Assembly (NCBI GenBank): GCA_020354945.1
Contig: CP070655.1
Span: 631,376-651,253, forward strand
From: Candidatus Omnitrophota bacterium
GTDB lineage: Bacteria; Omnitrophota; Gorgyraeia; JABMRG01; JAFGKX01
Direction of reading: 5' to 3'
DNA length: 19,878 nt
Part shown: piece after piece, positions 7,304-17,865 of the stretch
Layout: every line of letters starts with the position of its first letter
How positions within the stretch are numbered: position 1 is the first letter of the stretch
The notes under the pieces: model-generated
Told to the model about the DNA's origin: nothing
Database searches by the model: none
What the model saw: only the letters and a program-made list of their open reading frames with translations
Translations under genes and position numbers: made by a program

Positions 7304-9003
7304 ATTTTTATTGGCGACTTAACCTGGATATCCTTGAGCTGCAACTGAATAGATTTTACCCCCCTGTATGTATTTAAACTGCAGGTATAAGCCAGATCGA
7401 TATCTTCGTCTGTAATATTGGCAGGGGCATTACCTGCCATTCTAAAACCTATTGCTTCACAAGTCCTATCGCCGTCTGTAACCCACATCTTTATCGTGTC
7501 TCTGCCTATTATCTGCTGGGGGCTTTTAATCTTAAGATTTTTAGTCGCAAAGACAGGACGATGGTTTGCTAAGCCAAAGGGTGCAAGTTGACTCATCTCT
7601 TTAAAAAATCTATCTGATAATGACTTAAACCCAATCTCCATATCTATCTCTACCGTTGGTATAAGGTCTTCTGCTTTAAGAGAACTTTGAGCAATTTCGT
7701 TTATAAGCTTTCTGAAATCTTCCAAATAACCCTTATGCATTGTTAGGCCTGCTGCATAACAATGCCCGCCAAAATTCTCTAAAAGGTGGCTGCATTTATC
7801 AAGTGCTTCGACAAGATGAAAATTTTTTATCGACCTGCCTGAACCCTTTACAATCTTACCTTTGGTTGTCATAATTAATGCCGGCCTGTGATACCTGTCA
7901 ACAAGCCTTGATGCAACTATACCTATGACTCCCGAATGCCAGTTTTCATCTTGCAAAACGATTATTCTGTCCTGTTTAAAGTTTATAGTCTGTTCTAACT
8001 TAGCGAGCGCCTGCGTTAAAGTCTGCTGCTCTAATTTCTGCCTGTTGCGGTTTTCTACATCCAGAGTCTCTGCCAATAAATCTGCTTCCTGAGAATTATC
8101 TGTGAGGAGCAGTTGCAAGGCTTTTTCTGCTGAACTTAATCTTCCTGCTGCATTTATGCGCGGCCCGAGAATATAGCCGACATAATGTGAGCTCATTTCC
8201 TTGCCTTTTAATCTTGCTACCGATATAAGGGCCTGCAATCCTTTCTTTTTGGTATTAGTTACTTGCTCAAGGCCGAATTTTGTCAATATTCTATTTTCAT
8301 CGGTAATGGGTACCACATCCGAAACAGTGCCTAAGCATACTAAATCAAGATGTTCATAAATACAATCTGAATCAACGCCGCAAAGAGCAGATGCTAATTT
8401 AAAAGCTACTCCGACCCCGGCTAAATCTTTATATGGGTATCTGCAGCATTTTTGTAAGGGGTTTAATATGCTAAATGCATCTGGTAAATCGCCTGAAGGC
8501 TGATGATGGTCAGTTATAATAACATCTATGCCGGCGCTGTTAAGCTGTTTTGTTTGCTCTTTCGCCGTTATGCCGCAATCTACGCTTATAAATAATTTTG
8601 TCTTTCTTTTTATGGCGAGTTTAATAGCATTCTCGCTTATTCCGAAACCTTCCATAATCCTATCGGGTATATAATGGCTTACCTTTGCCCCCATTTTTTT
8701 TAGCACAAGCTCAAGCAGCGTTGTTGCGCAGATTCCATCTACGTCATAATCGCCATGAATTAATATCTGTTCCTTTCTTTCTATGGCTTTTTTTATACGG
8801 GATACAGATTTGCGCATTCCATTCATTAAAAATGGGTCTCTTAAGTCAAGTAGGCTGGGTCTTAAAAATTCATAAGCGCTGCCGGGAGTATCTATGCCTC
8901 TGTTTAACAAAATCTGAGCGGTGATTCTGGATACAGAAAGCTCATTGGACAGAATCTTCTGTCTTTCTAAATCTGTTTTCTTAATAAGCCATTTCTTTGT
9001 CAT
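7300..9003 (-). CDS. recJ: Single-stranded DNA exonuclease RecJ (start moved from 9063 to ATG 9003)
   Basis: GDYDVDG, VDCG, TDHH, LGTVSDV, PRINAAGR, GSGRS, FGGH. RecJ-like sequence begins at MTKKW; the longer start overlaps the CDF gene and a palindrome. Confidence 0.96.
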   Translation of the reverse strand: MTKKWLIKKTDLERQKILSNELSVSRITAQILLNRGIDTPGSAYEFLRPSLLDLRDPFLMNGMRKSVSRIKKAIERKEQILIHGDYDVDGICATTLLELVLKKMGAKVSHYIPDRIMEGFGISENAIKLAIKRKTKLFISVDCGITAKEQTKQLNSAGIDVIITDHHQPSGDLPDAFSILNPLQKCCRYPYKDLAGVGVAFKLASALCGVDSDCIYEHLDLVCLGTVSDVVPITDENRILTKFGLEQVTNTKKKGLQALISVARLKGKEMSSHYVGYILGPRINAAGRLSSAEKALQLLLTDNSQEADLLAETLDVENRNRQKLEQQTLTQALAKLEQTINFKQDRIIVLQDENWHSGVIGIVASRLVDRYHRPALIMTTKGKIVKGSGRSIKNFHLVEALDKCSHLLENFGGHCYAAGLTMHKGYLEDFRKLINEIAQSSLKAEDLIPTVEIDMEIGFKSLSDRFFKEMSQLAPFGLANHRPVFATKNLKIKSPQQIIGRDTIKMWVTDGDRTCEAIGFRMAGNAPANITDEDIDLAYTCSLNTYRGVKSIQLQLKDIQVKSPIKI

Positions 9004-9010
9004 AGTATAT

Positions 9011-9029
9011 GGACGTTTCTGAAACGTCC
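9011..9029. repeat. Perfect palindrome GGACGTTTC-T-GAAACGTCC
   Basis: 9-bp inverted repeat lying between an SD-like TAAGGAAG and the recJ ATG. Confidence 0.8.
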
Positions 9030-9034
9030 CTTCC

Positions 9035-9907
9035 TTAGGGCCTGACCCCTCCTGGCTCAACATGGACTATCACATCGCTAACGCCTTTTATGGTTTTTTT
9101 TATTCTTTCTTCTATCTTTTCAGTTATATGGTGTGCATCTTCGACATCCATAGATTGGTCTACCAAAACATGCAAATCAACATGAATATCATCCATTCTT
9201 CCCCTGGTTCTTATCTGATGAGTCTCCTTGACGCCATCTATTCCCATAACTATATACCTGATTTTATCAGATACAACGGCAATTCTATCGCATAAAACTC
9301 TGGAGGATGCCCTTAATATATCAACTGCTGACTTAGCGATAAGGATAGATATGGCCAGCGCAACGATGGTATCTATCATCGGAAATCCCGCCCTTATTGC
9401 CAATAGCGTGAATATAACTGAAATAGAAATAAGGATATCGCTTCTGGTGTGTTCTGAATCGGCGAACAATACATCACTTTCCAGCTTTCTGGATCCTTTT
9501 CGTTCGTAGACAAATACAATTGTATTTACAGTAATCGTAAACAGCATAATGGTGAAACTTAAAATGGTAACTTCAGGAACAATTGGATGTATAAAGCGAA
9601 TAACTGCAGCTTTTGCCAGATTAAAAGAGATTAGAAACAGCAATACGGAAATTGCAATAGACGCTAAGGTTTCGTATTTTCTATGACCGTAAGGATGTTC
9701 CTCATCAGCAGGACGAGAGGCGATTAATATTCCTACTATACCTATTACATTAGAAGCTCCGTCTGAAAAAGAGTGAAATCCATCCGCTGCCATAGAACTG
9801 CAACGGCTTACATATCCATATATAATCTTGGCCAAAGCTACAAGCCAATTGAACACAAGAACTGCCAATAATATGTTGCGTATTTTTATAAACCGTCTCT
9901 CTATCAT
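9035..9907 (-). CDS. Cation diffusion facilitator family transporter (FieF/MamM-like; start moved from 9985 to ATG 9907)
   Basis: ADGFHSFSD, HPYGHRKYE, HTRSD, C-terminal HVDLH...AH...HVEP. The extension to 9985 is repeat-derived (NPKSEISNF) and overlaps secDF. Confidence 0.92.
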   Translation of the reverse strand: MIERRFIKIRNILLAVLVFNWLVALAKIIYGYVSRCSSMAADGFHSFSDGASNVIGIVGILIASRPADEEHPYGHRKYETLASIAISVLLFLISFNLAKAAVIRFIHPIVPEVTILSFTIMLFTITVNTIVFVYERKGSRKLESDVLFADSEHTRSDILISISVIFTLLAIRAGFPMIDTIVALAISILIAKSAVDILRASSRVLCDRIAVVSDKIRYIVMGIDGVKETHQIRTRGRMDDIHVDLHVLVDQSMDVEDAHHITEKIEERIKKTIKGVSDVIVHVEPGGVRP

Positions 9908-9917
9908 AGTAAATAAA

Positions 9918-9950
9918 AAATCGAAATTCGAAATTTCGGATTTCGGATTT
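9918..9950. repeat. Inverted heptamer repeat (TCGAAAT)2(TTCGGAT)2; hairpin followed by a T-run on the minus strand
   Basis: Read directly at 9921-9948; AAAAAA at 9915-9920 gives a U-tract after the hairpin in the mRNA. Confidence 0.75.
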
Positions 9951-9956
9951 AGTAAT

Positions 9957-12167
9957 CTACCTTCTCTTCTTCTTCTGCCAGGCAATCAAAAGAGGGCTGG
10001 CGATAAATATGGTTGAGTATATACCAGAGATAAAACCTACTATAAGACAAAATGCAAAATTGTGTAATACCTCGCCGCCAAGGAAAAATAATGCAAATGC
10101 AGTAAATAGTGTGGTAACGGTAGTAAGGACCGTCCTGCCCAAGGTCTGATTTACGCTCATATTTATTAACTCTATAAAGCTTATCTTGCGAAGCAAGCGC
10201 ATATTTTCTCTTATCCTGTCATAGATAACTACTGTGTCATTTATAGAATAACCGGCAATGGTCAAAAGGGCCGCAACTATAGTTAAATCAAATTCCTTGC
10301 CTGTTATTGCCATTGCCCCTATCGTAACCAATACATCGTGAAATAAAGCTACTACGCCGGCCAGTCCATATTCCCAGTGCTTAAATCTTATGCCAATGTA
10401 AACCAGAATGCCGGCCAGGCCTAAAATCAACGCCTTAATTGCATTCTTTCTTAACAGTCTGCCTACAGATGGCCCAACCTTTTCCACTCTCATCATTTCA
10501 GCCTGGTTGTCTTTAAAATCTCGCTTGAAGGCCTCCTTTACCTTATCATATGTATCGGTGTATGTCCTTATAAGCACATCGCGATTATTTGCAAATTGCT
10601 GTATAGAGGCGCTGGCAAGGTCTACCTTTGCTAAACTATCACGAACCATAGCAATATTAACCGGTTTTTGAAACCTGAATTGCTGCAGAGTGCCACCGGT
10701 AAAATCCACACCGAAGTTTTTCTCGCCTCTCATCGTAAAAATAAAAATACCTACAGCAATAACCACTGCCGATAAAATATAACAAATCCTTCTTTTTGCG
10801 ACAAAATTTATATGAGTGCCGCTTATCAAACTGAGCATACGGAGCCTGCCAAATTTAGGAGAGCGACTTAATAAATTAAATATAGTTCTGGTAACAACAA
10901 GGGCAGTAAATAAACTGGCCAGAATACCTATTGTAAGTGTCATAGCAAATCCGCGAATAGGACCTGTCCCGAATTGAAGCAGCATAATAGCTGCTATTAT
11001 TGTAGTTACATTTGAATCTAAAATTGCGCTGAAGGCCTTAGAATATCCGATTGAAATGGCGCTCCGGACAGTCTTTCCTGTTTTAAGCTCTTCTCGGATT
11101 CTCTCATATATTAAGACATTGGCATCTACTGCCATACCAATAGTAAGTATCAAGCCTGCGATGCCGGGCAAGGTTAAAGTAAAGTGAAAATAACCCATTA
11201 CCCCGCCTATGATAACAATATTTAATAAAAGGGCGATGTTTGCTATTATCCCTGAAAGCATATAATATATGAGCATAAAAACTATAACTAAAATAAAACC
11301 GGTCAGAACAGCACGCAGGCCTGCATTTACCGAGTCCCGTCCTAATAACGGGCCTACTGTCCTTTCTTCCTCTATATAAACAGGGGCAGGAAGGGCACCA
11401 GCGCGCAATACAATTGCTAAATCGTTTGCCTCATCCGGACTAAATCTTCCTTCGATTATCGCTTCCCCTGATGGTATCTCTTCCTTTATGTTAGGGGCAG
11501 ATTTTACAACGCCGTCAAGCACTATAGCGAGTCGGCGCCCAACATTGTTTCTGGTAACGCGGGCAAATTTTCTTGCGCCTTCTCTGTTAAAAGATAGGCC
11601 TACTACAGGTTGATTAAATTGGGTCTGTTGAAACTTAACTGTAGCATCTTTTAAATCAGCTCCGGTGACTTCGGCTTTTTCTTCAAGAAGGATTGGCTGG
11701 CCTTTTTCATCTTCTTTTAATTCATAACCTTCAGGTACATTATCTTCTAACGCGTTCTTTAATTTGTCAGGGTCTGCTGAAACCAACCTAAACTCTAAAA
11801 GTGCAGTCTGGCCTACCAGCTCAACAGCCCTATCTCTATCTGTTACTCCCGGTAGCTGTACTACTATTTCATCTTTGCCCTGCCTTTGTATAGCAACCTC
11901 TTTAACCCCAAATTGGTCTATACGATTCCTTATTATTTCTAATGCTACATCCGGCGCATCCTTTGCCTCTTTCTCGGATAACTTTGCTGTATCAACCTTA
12001 AGCACAAGATGCATCCCACCCTGAAGGTCGAGTCCTAAATTTATCCTTCCTTCCCGAATTACTTTACCTGCTTTATCTTTTATGGTAAACGGAGGAGATA
12101 AACTCCACAGGGATAACACCACTACGGCTATTATAAGCAAAACCTTCCATTTTAGGTTTTTTTGCAT
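9957..12167 (-). CDS. secDF: Fused protein translocase subunit SecDF
   Basis: LGLDLQGG, LRAGALPAP, VDANVLIYERIREE (SecD) and GVDFTGG, GYSINDTVVIYDRIREN (SecF) in one ORF. Confidence 0.97.
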   Translation of the reverse strand: MQKNLKWKVLLIIAVVVLSLWSLSPPFTIKDKAGKVIREGRINLGLDLQGGMHLVLKVDTAKLSEKEAKDAPDVALEIIRNRIDQFGVKEVAIQRQGKDEIVVQLPGVTDRDRAVELVGQTALLEFRLVSADPDKLKNALEDNVPEGYELKEDEKGQPILLEEKAEVTGADLKDATVKFQQTQFNQPVVGLSFNREGARKFARVTRNNVGRRLAIVLDGVVKSAPNIKEEIPSGEAIIEGRFSPDEANDLAIVLRAGALPAPVYIEEERTVGPLLGRDSVNAGLRAVLTGFILVIVFMLIYYMLSGIIANIALLLNIVIIGGVMGYFHFTLTLPGIAGLILTIGMAVDANVLIYERIREELKTGKTVRSAISIGYSKAFSAILDSNVTTIIAAIMLLQFGTGPIRGFAMTLTIGILASLFTALVVTRTIFNLLSRSPKFGRLRMLSLISGTHINFVAKRRICYILSAVVIAVGIFIFTMRGEKNFGVDFTGGTLQQFRFQKPVNIAMVRDSLAKVDLASASIQQFANNRDVLIRTYTDTYDKVKEAFKRDFKDNQAEMMRVEKVGPSVGRLLRKNAIKALILGLAGILVYIGIRFKHWEYGLAGVVALFHDVLVTIGAMAITGKEFDLTIVAALLTIAGYSINDTVVIYDRIRENMRLLRKISFIELINMSVNQTLGRTVLTTVTTLFTAFALFFLGGEVLHNFAFCLIVGFISGIYSTIFIASPLLIAWQKKKRR

Positions 12168-12171
12168 CTAT

Positions 12172-12504
12172 CTATTCTCCCTGAGTTTTCTTCTTTAACC
12201 CGGCAACCGCAGATTTCGATATCTCCAGCCTTACATTCTCATTTACTCTAATTATGAAAGTATTTTCTTTCACATTTACAATGGTGCCGTGTATTCCGCC
12301 TGTGGTAATTATTTCGTCATTCTTTTTAAGTTCACCGAGCATCTTTTGATGGTCTTTCTGCTTCTTTTGCTGCGGCCTTATAAGCAAAAAATAAAATATG
12401 GCAAAGATTAATATAATAGGCATAAAACTAACCAGCGGACTTGGCGCCTGTTGTCCCTGCGTCTGCGATGGCTGACCCATTGCATATGCTATTGATTCAA
12501 ACAT
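12172..12504 (-). CDS. yajC: Preprotein translocase subunit YajC (start likely 12504 rather than 12516)
   Basis: FYFLLIRPQQKKQK, TTGGIHG. SD GGAGGT precedes the ATG at 12504. Lies between tgt and secDF. Confidence 0.96.
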   Translation of the reverse strand: MFESIAYAMGQPSQTQGQQAPSPLVSFMPIILIFAIFYFLLIRPQQKKQKDHQKMLGELKKNDEIITTGGIHGTIVNVKENTFIIRVNENVRLEISKSAVAGLKKKTQGE

Positions 12505-12522
12505 ATTTACCTCCATTCTAAG

Positions 12523-13665
<1,143 letters not shown>

Positions 13666-14700
13666 TCACTTTATCAGCATGCAATCTCCGTAACTATAGA
13701 ATCTATACTTTTTTTCTACCGCTTCTTGATATGCCTTCATTACATTGTCGTGTCCACCAAAAGCGCATGTTAGCATAAGTAATGTAGTCTTTGGCAAATG
13801 AAAATTTGTCAGAAGCATATCTATTATTTTAAAACGATAGCCAGGGTAGATGAAGAGATCGGTCTCTGCTTTCGTATCTCGTATCTCGTATCTCGTATCT
13901 CGTAAAATAGAGGCGGATTCAAGGGCGCGGCAGGTGGTGGTGCCTACTGCTAAAACTCTGCCTTTGTTTTGTTTCGTTTTGTTTATTTCGTCTACGGATT
14001 TTTTTGTAATTTGGAAATATTCTTTGTTCATCTTATGTTGCTTTATATTGTCAACTTTTACAGGCCTGAAGGTATCGTATCCGACATGGAGAGTTAAATA
14101 AATAATGCCCGCACCTTTGTTTTTGATTCTGTCGATAACTGATGTTGTAAAATGCAAGCCGGCTGTTGGCGCTGCAACTGCCCCTAATCTTTTAGCATAA
14201 ACGGTCTGATATCTTATTTCATCTTCCGGTTGAGGTTTCCTTTTTATGTATGGAGGTAGCGGAAGGAGACCTATTTTATTAAAAACCGAATATAAATTAT
14301 TATTGCTAAATTTAACAAAACACATCTCATCTTTCCTGTCCACTACCGAAGCTGTAAGTCCACCATTGCCAAATTCAAGTTCTGTTCCAATTACAAGCTT
14401 TCTTGCCGGCTTTGCCAAACACTCAAAGACACCGCTGTTTCCTTCTCTCAATAACAATAATTCTATCTTGCCGGTATAGCCGGTTCTTTTACCTGTTAAT
14501 CTTGCCTTAAATACTTTGGTGTCATTAAATACCATTGCGTCAGGTTTACTTAGATAATCCGCTAAATCATAAAAATGGCAATGCTCAATCTTGCCATTTT
14601 CTTTATCTAAAACCAGCATCCTAGATTCATCCCTCTGCCTTAAAGGATATTGGGCAATTAGTCCTTTGGGTAATGTATAATCAAAATCCGACAGCTTCAT
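13666..14700 (-). CDS. queA: S-adenosylmethionine:tRNA ribosyltransferase-isomerase
   Basis: DFDYTLP..LIAQ, NDTKV, PLPPYI, AAPTAGLHF, LHVG, VGTT, TNFHLPK, YRFYSYGD. Confidence 0.98.
   Translation of the reverse strand: MKLSDFDYTLPKGLIAQYPLRQRDESRMLVLDKENGKIEHCHFYDLADYLSKPDAMVFNDTKVFKARLTGKRTGYTGKIELLLLREGNSGVFECLAKPARKLVIGTELEFGNGGLTASVVDRKDEMCFVKFSNNNLYSVFNKIGLLPLPPYIKRKPQPEDEIRYQTVYAKRLGAVAAPTAGLHFTTSVIDRIKNKGAGIIYLTLHVGYDTFRPVKVDNIKQHKMNKEYFQITKKSVDEINKTKQNKGRVLAVGTTTCRALESASILRDTRYEIRDTKAETDLFIYPGYRFKIIDMLLTNFHLPKTTLLMLTCAFGGHDNVMKAYQEAVEKKYRFYSYGDCMLIK
13872..13904 (+). repeat. Perfect heptamer tandem repeat (TCGTATC)4-TCGTA inside queA
   Basis: Units at 13872, 13879, 13886 and 13893, partial unit at 13900; encodes RDTRYEIRDT. 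Confidence 0.95.
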
Positions 14701-15857
14701 TTCAACCTGACAACCTTAGCGCCTGGATAATAATGCCTGAGTATCTGGTAACAATTATAGCCTTTTTTTGCCATAGAAAAGGCTCCCCACTGGCACATTC
14801 CTACGCCATGCCCCCAACCATATCCTTTAAAATGGGCTTGATTATCTTCAATTGATATGCTGAAATTTGTGCTATTTAAGACTCTTGCGCCTAATATATT
14901 GCGAAACTCTTTTGCATCCATTGATATTATTCTATCTGCATAAATTTTCAGCTTTTTAAGCCTGCCTGATCTATCTCTGGATAAAACTTTTATATGTTTT
15001 ATCTTGCCTGCTCGTTTCCTGCCTATGGCTATTTTACTCTCGATATCCTCCAGAGGAACTGTCTTCACCCACATAAAGTATGGGGAATTCCTGCAAAAAG
15101 GGCAGTTTACGCCTTTAAGGGGTTTTAATCTTGATGAAATCTTCCATAACCTCGACGCTTTTTCGGTTCTGCCTCCGCATGCAGCGTGGAAAAAAGCCGG
15201 CAAAACCTTACCTCTATACATTAGAATCTGGCCTGCAGTTTCATCAACTGCTTTGCTAGTTCTAAATTTCTCTCCGAATACGCCTCTGTATACCTGTGAA
15301 CTTACATCTGCACGAAGATAGTATTCTTTATCAGACCTTTGCTGGGCTTGATAAATAGCAAATGTCCTTGAAGCTATGGCCTGGGCCTTTATAACCTCCG
15401 GGGGCCACCGATGAGATATTTCATTGTAAAGAACACCTTTAATATAATCTTCTATATTTAATACATTTATAACTGAAAGCAATCCTTGTTTTGTCTTTAT
15501 TAATTGTAACCTGCCTCTATACAAACACTTCCCTACATATATAGATGGGTCTCTGGCAGGTATAATCTCTATCCCATATATCTTAAAATAATCGTCTTTG
15601 AATGTCCTAAAATGTATTCCATGTTCAAAAGGCCTGACTTTCGCCTGCCATAGAACCTCACCTTCTTTGAGGACTTCCCCGGTTTCGATTGTAGTTATTT
15701 TATATGGCCCTTTAACTGCTAATTCTATCTCTTCTGCGTCTTCAGCTATTGCTACCCTTATCTTATCGGGCACTGCTACTGATAAACTGTATGCCTGTTC
15801 TGACAAACAGAATAATATGGCAAAAACAAAAAGAACGGATATGAAGGATTTTCTCAT
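14697..15857 (-). CDS. SpoIID/LytB domain protein (lytic transglycosylase-like), exported
   Basis: Signal peptide; YIKGVLYNE, KAQAIASRT, FHAACGG, CPFC, GHGVGMCQWGA, ILRHYYPG. Conserved position upstream of queA. Confidence 0.92.
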   Translation of the reverse strand: MRKSFISVLFVFAILFCLSEQAYSLSVAVPDKIRVAIAEDAEEIELAVKGPYKITTIETGEVLKEGEVLWQAKVRPFEHGIHFRTFKDDYFKIYGIEIIPARDPSIYVGKCLYRGRLQLIKTKQGLLSVINVLNIEDYIKGVLYNEISHRWPPEVIKAQAIASRTFAIYQAQQRSDKEYYLRADVSSQVYRGVFGEKFRTSKAVDETAGQILMYRGKVLPAFFHAACGGRTEKASRLWKISSRLKPLKGVNCPFCRNSPYFMWVKTVPLEDIESKIAIGRKRAGKIKHIKVLSRDRSGRLKKLKIYADRIISMDAKEFRNILGARVLNSTNFSISIEDNQAHFKGYGWGHGVGMCQWGAFSMAKKGYNCYQILRHYYPGAKVVRLK

Positions 15858-16063
15858 TTCCGGGTTAGTAGATATAATACAATTGTTATTGCTGCACTAA
15901 TTAAAAGGCAGGTAGTAAGCGGAAAATAAAAGTTAAAATTACCTCTTTTTATATAGATATCGCCGGGTAGCTTACCTAAAAAGGGAATCTTGTCAAAAAA
16001 TTGCAAAAAAATTCCCAGCGCAATTAATAATATCCCGAATATTACTAAATATTTACCTAACAT
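15854..16063 (-). CDS. DUF2905 family small membrane protein
   Basis: Two hydrophobic segments with LGKLPGDI...FYFPLTTCLLIS; typical ruvB-queA neighbour. Confidence 0.88.
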   Translation of the reverse strand: MLGKYLVIFGILLIALGIFLQFFDKIPFLGKLPGDIYIKRGNFNFYFPLTTCLLISAAITIVLYLLTRK

Positions 16064-16103
16064 AACTCATTTTCATTTCGAAAGGCAACGGAAGATGGTT
16101 TGA

Positions 16104-16211
16104 GCAGGGTATGCGAAAGGCCTTAGCAGGCACGGTTTTTTGCCGAAGGCAAAAAGAGTGAGGCCGAGGTCTAAGCAAAAAATCCTCGCTGGGGATTTTT
16201 TGCGTCCCTGC
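16104..16211 (+). other. GC-richer multibranch structured intergenic element
   Basis: Outer GCAGGG/CCCTGC (16104-16109/16206-16211) encloses TTTTTGCC-GAA-GGCAAAAA (16137-16155) and GCAAAAAATCC-N7-GGATTTTTTGC (16175-16203). Confidence 0.65.
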
Positions 16212-16216
16212 GAAAA

Positions 16217-16759
16217 CTACTTCCGTTGCTTTTCAACATACCGTTCCCGCTCGCTATATATACATCCGCAATACTTCTGATGATAGAGCCCCATCTGTCT
16301 TGATAAACTATGCGACTCCCTAAAACCTGTTCTGAAGTCCTCATAATAAAAATTTATCCCATAATTTTTTTCTAAAGAGGCGGCTATATCCCTTATCTTG
16401 CCTTGATCCTGATATGGGCTTATCAATAAAGTTGTAGTAAATGCGTCAAAATTTTCTCTGCTGGCAAACTCTGCGGTTATTTTTAACCTTAATTGCCAGC
16501 ATAAGCTGCATCTATCATCCTTCTCATGGAATGTTATCTTTCTAAAAAAATCCTCGAATTTATATTCTCTATGAAAAAAAACTGGCAAATTTAACTTCTC
16601 AGACATGCAAACTACCGATTCCCTCCTTTTATCATACTCTGAAACAGGATGTATATTGGGATTATAAAAAAAGCCGGAAACTTTATGGCCTTTTTCGCGA
16701 AGGGCGTTTATGCAATAAATCGCACAAGGCCCGCAACATACGTGCAGTAGGATTCGCAT
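16217..16759 (-). CDS. queH: Epoxyqueuosine reductase QueH (DUF208)
   Basis: LLHVCCGPC, FYNPNIHP, RCSLC, FTTTLLISP, YCGCIYS; clustered with queA and tgt. Confidence 0.94.
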   Translation of the reverse strand: MRILLHVCCGPCAIYCINALREKGHKVSGFFYNPNIHPVSEYDKRRESVVCMSEKLNLPVFFHREYKFEDFFRKITFHEKDDRCSLCWQLRLKITAEFASRENFDAFTTTLLISPYQDQGKIRDIAASLEKNYGINFYYEDFRTGFRESHSLSRQMGLYHQKYCGCIYSERERYVEKQRK

Positions 16760-16764
16760 CGTTC

Positions 16765-16811
16765 AGCGTTTAGCGGATAGCGTATAGGAGAACTATTCGC
16801 TATACGCTAAA
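16765..16811. repeat. Inverted heptamer repeat hairpin (AGCGTAT-type units)
   Basis: TTTAGCGGATAGCGTATAG-GAGAA-CTATTCGCTATACGCTAAA: 19-bp stem with 2 mismatches, containing the ruvB stop codon. Confidence 0.85.
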
Positions 16812-17844
16812 ATAGCTCTTTCTGCTTCTCTCTGGTTTTCTTAAGATGTTGATATGCCAGGTCGGTAATTTTCCTGCCGCGTGGAGTGCGTTTTAAAAAG
16901 CCGCTTTTAAGCAAAAATGGCTCCACTACATCAACTATTGTATCGGATTCTTCATTTAAAGAAGCGGCCAATGACTCTATGCCTACAGGCCCGCCTTTAT
17001 AATAATCGATTATGGCGAAAAGAACCTTTCTATCTATAGTATCTAAGCCAAAGGAATCAATACCCTGGGAATTCAAGGCCTCATCCGCTATCTCCTTAGT
17101 AATTGCACCGGACTTTTTTACCTGGGAGAAGTCTCTTACCCGGCGAAGCAGGCGATTGGCAACGCGGGGAGTGCCTCTTGAACGCCTTGCTATTTCCATC
17201 GCTCCTTCTTTGTCGATCTTAATATTTAAAATCTTTACAGAGCGATTTATAATCTTTACCAGGTCTTCTGGCCGGTAAAAATCTAAATGAAAAAACATAC
17301 CAAACCTGCCGCGTAAAGGCGCGGAAAGCAATCCGGAACGGGTGGTAGCTCCGATAAGTGTAAAATGTTTTAAATTAAATTTTATTGTTTTTGCATATGG
17401 GCCCTTGTCTATAACAAAGTCTATCTGGAAATTCTCCATGGCCGGATAAAGGAATTCCTCTACAACTTTTGATAAACGGTGCACTTCATCTATAAACAGC
17501 ACATCGCCTTTTTCGAGATTAGTAAGTATTCCTATTAAATCCCCTGCTCTTTCTATCGCCGGTCCCGATGTAGCTGTTATTTTAGAATCCATCTCGTGGG
17601 CAATGATATGGGCAATAGTTGTTTTTCCTAATCCAGGTGGTCCTGCAAAAAGCATGTGCTCAAGAGGTTCTCGTCTTTCTTTTGCAGCCTGCAATGATAT
17701 AAGCAGATTCTCTATAGTCTTTTTTTGCCCTACAAAATCTGCTATTTTAGTGGGGCGCAAAGAAAGATTTAATATCTTATCTTCATCGGTTTCCTGCTGA
17801 AGGATTACCTTTTCTCTTTTTGGCTTTTGGATTTTGTTTTTCAT
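16807..17844 (-). CDS. ruvB: Holliday junction branch migration ATPase RuvB
   Basis: [52 protein letters not shown]. Confidence 0.99.
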   Translation of the reverse strand: MKNKIQKPKREKVILQQETDEDKILNLSLRPTKIADFVGQKKTIENLLISLQAAKERREPLEHMLFAGPPGLGKTTIAHIIAHEMDSKITATSGPAIERAGDLIGILTNLEKGDVLFIDEVHRLSKVVEEFLYPAMENFQIDFVIDKGPYAKTIKFNLKHFTLIGATTRSGLLSAPLRGRFGMFFHLDFYRPEDLVKIINRSVKILNIKIDKEGAMEIARRSRGTPRVANRLLRRVRDFSQVKKSGAITKEIADEALNSQGIDSFGLDTIDRKVLFAIIDYYKGGPVGIESLAASLNEESDTIVDVVEPFLLKSGFLKRTPRGRKITDLAYQHLKKTREKQKELF

Positions 17845-17865
17845 GAGTATAAGACCGTTTCTGAC

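Noticed and set aside
7300-7400. Neisseria pilE-type G-quadruplex upstream of the pilin genes
   Set aside because: No four closely spaced G3 runs were seen upstream of either pilin.
9957-12167. SecD-SecF fusion as a novelty
   Set aside because: Fused SecDF is well known in many bacteria.
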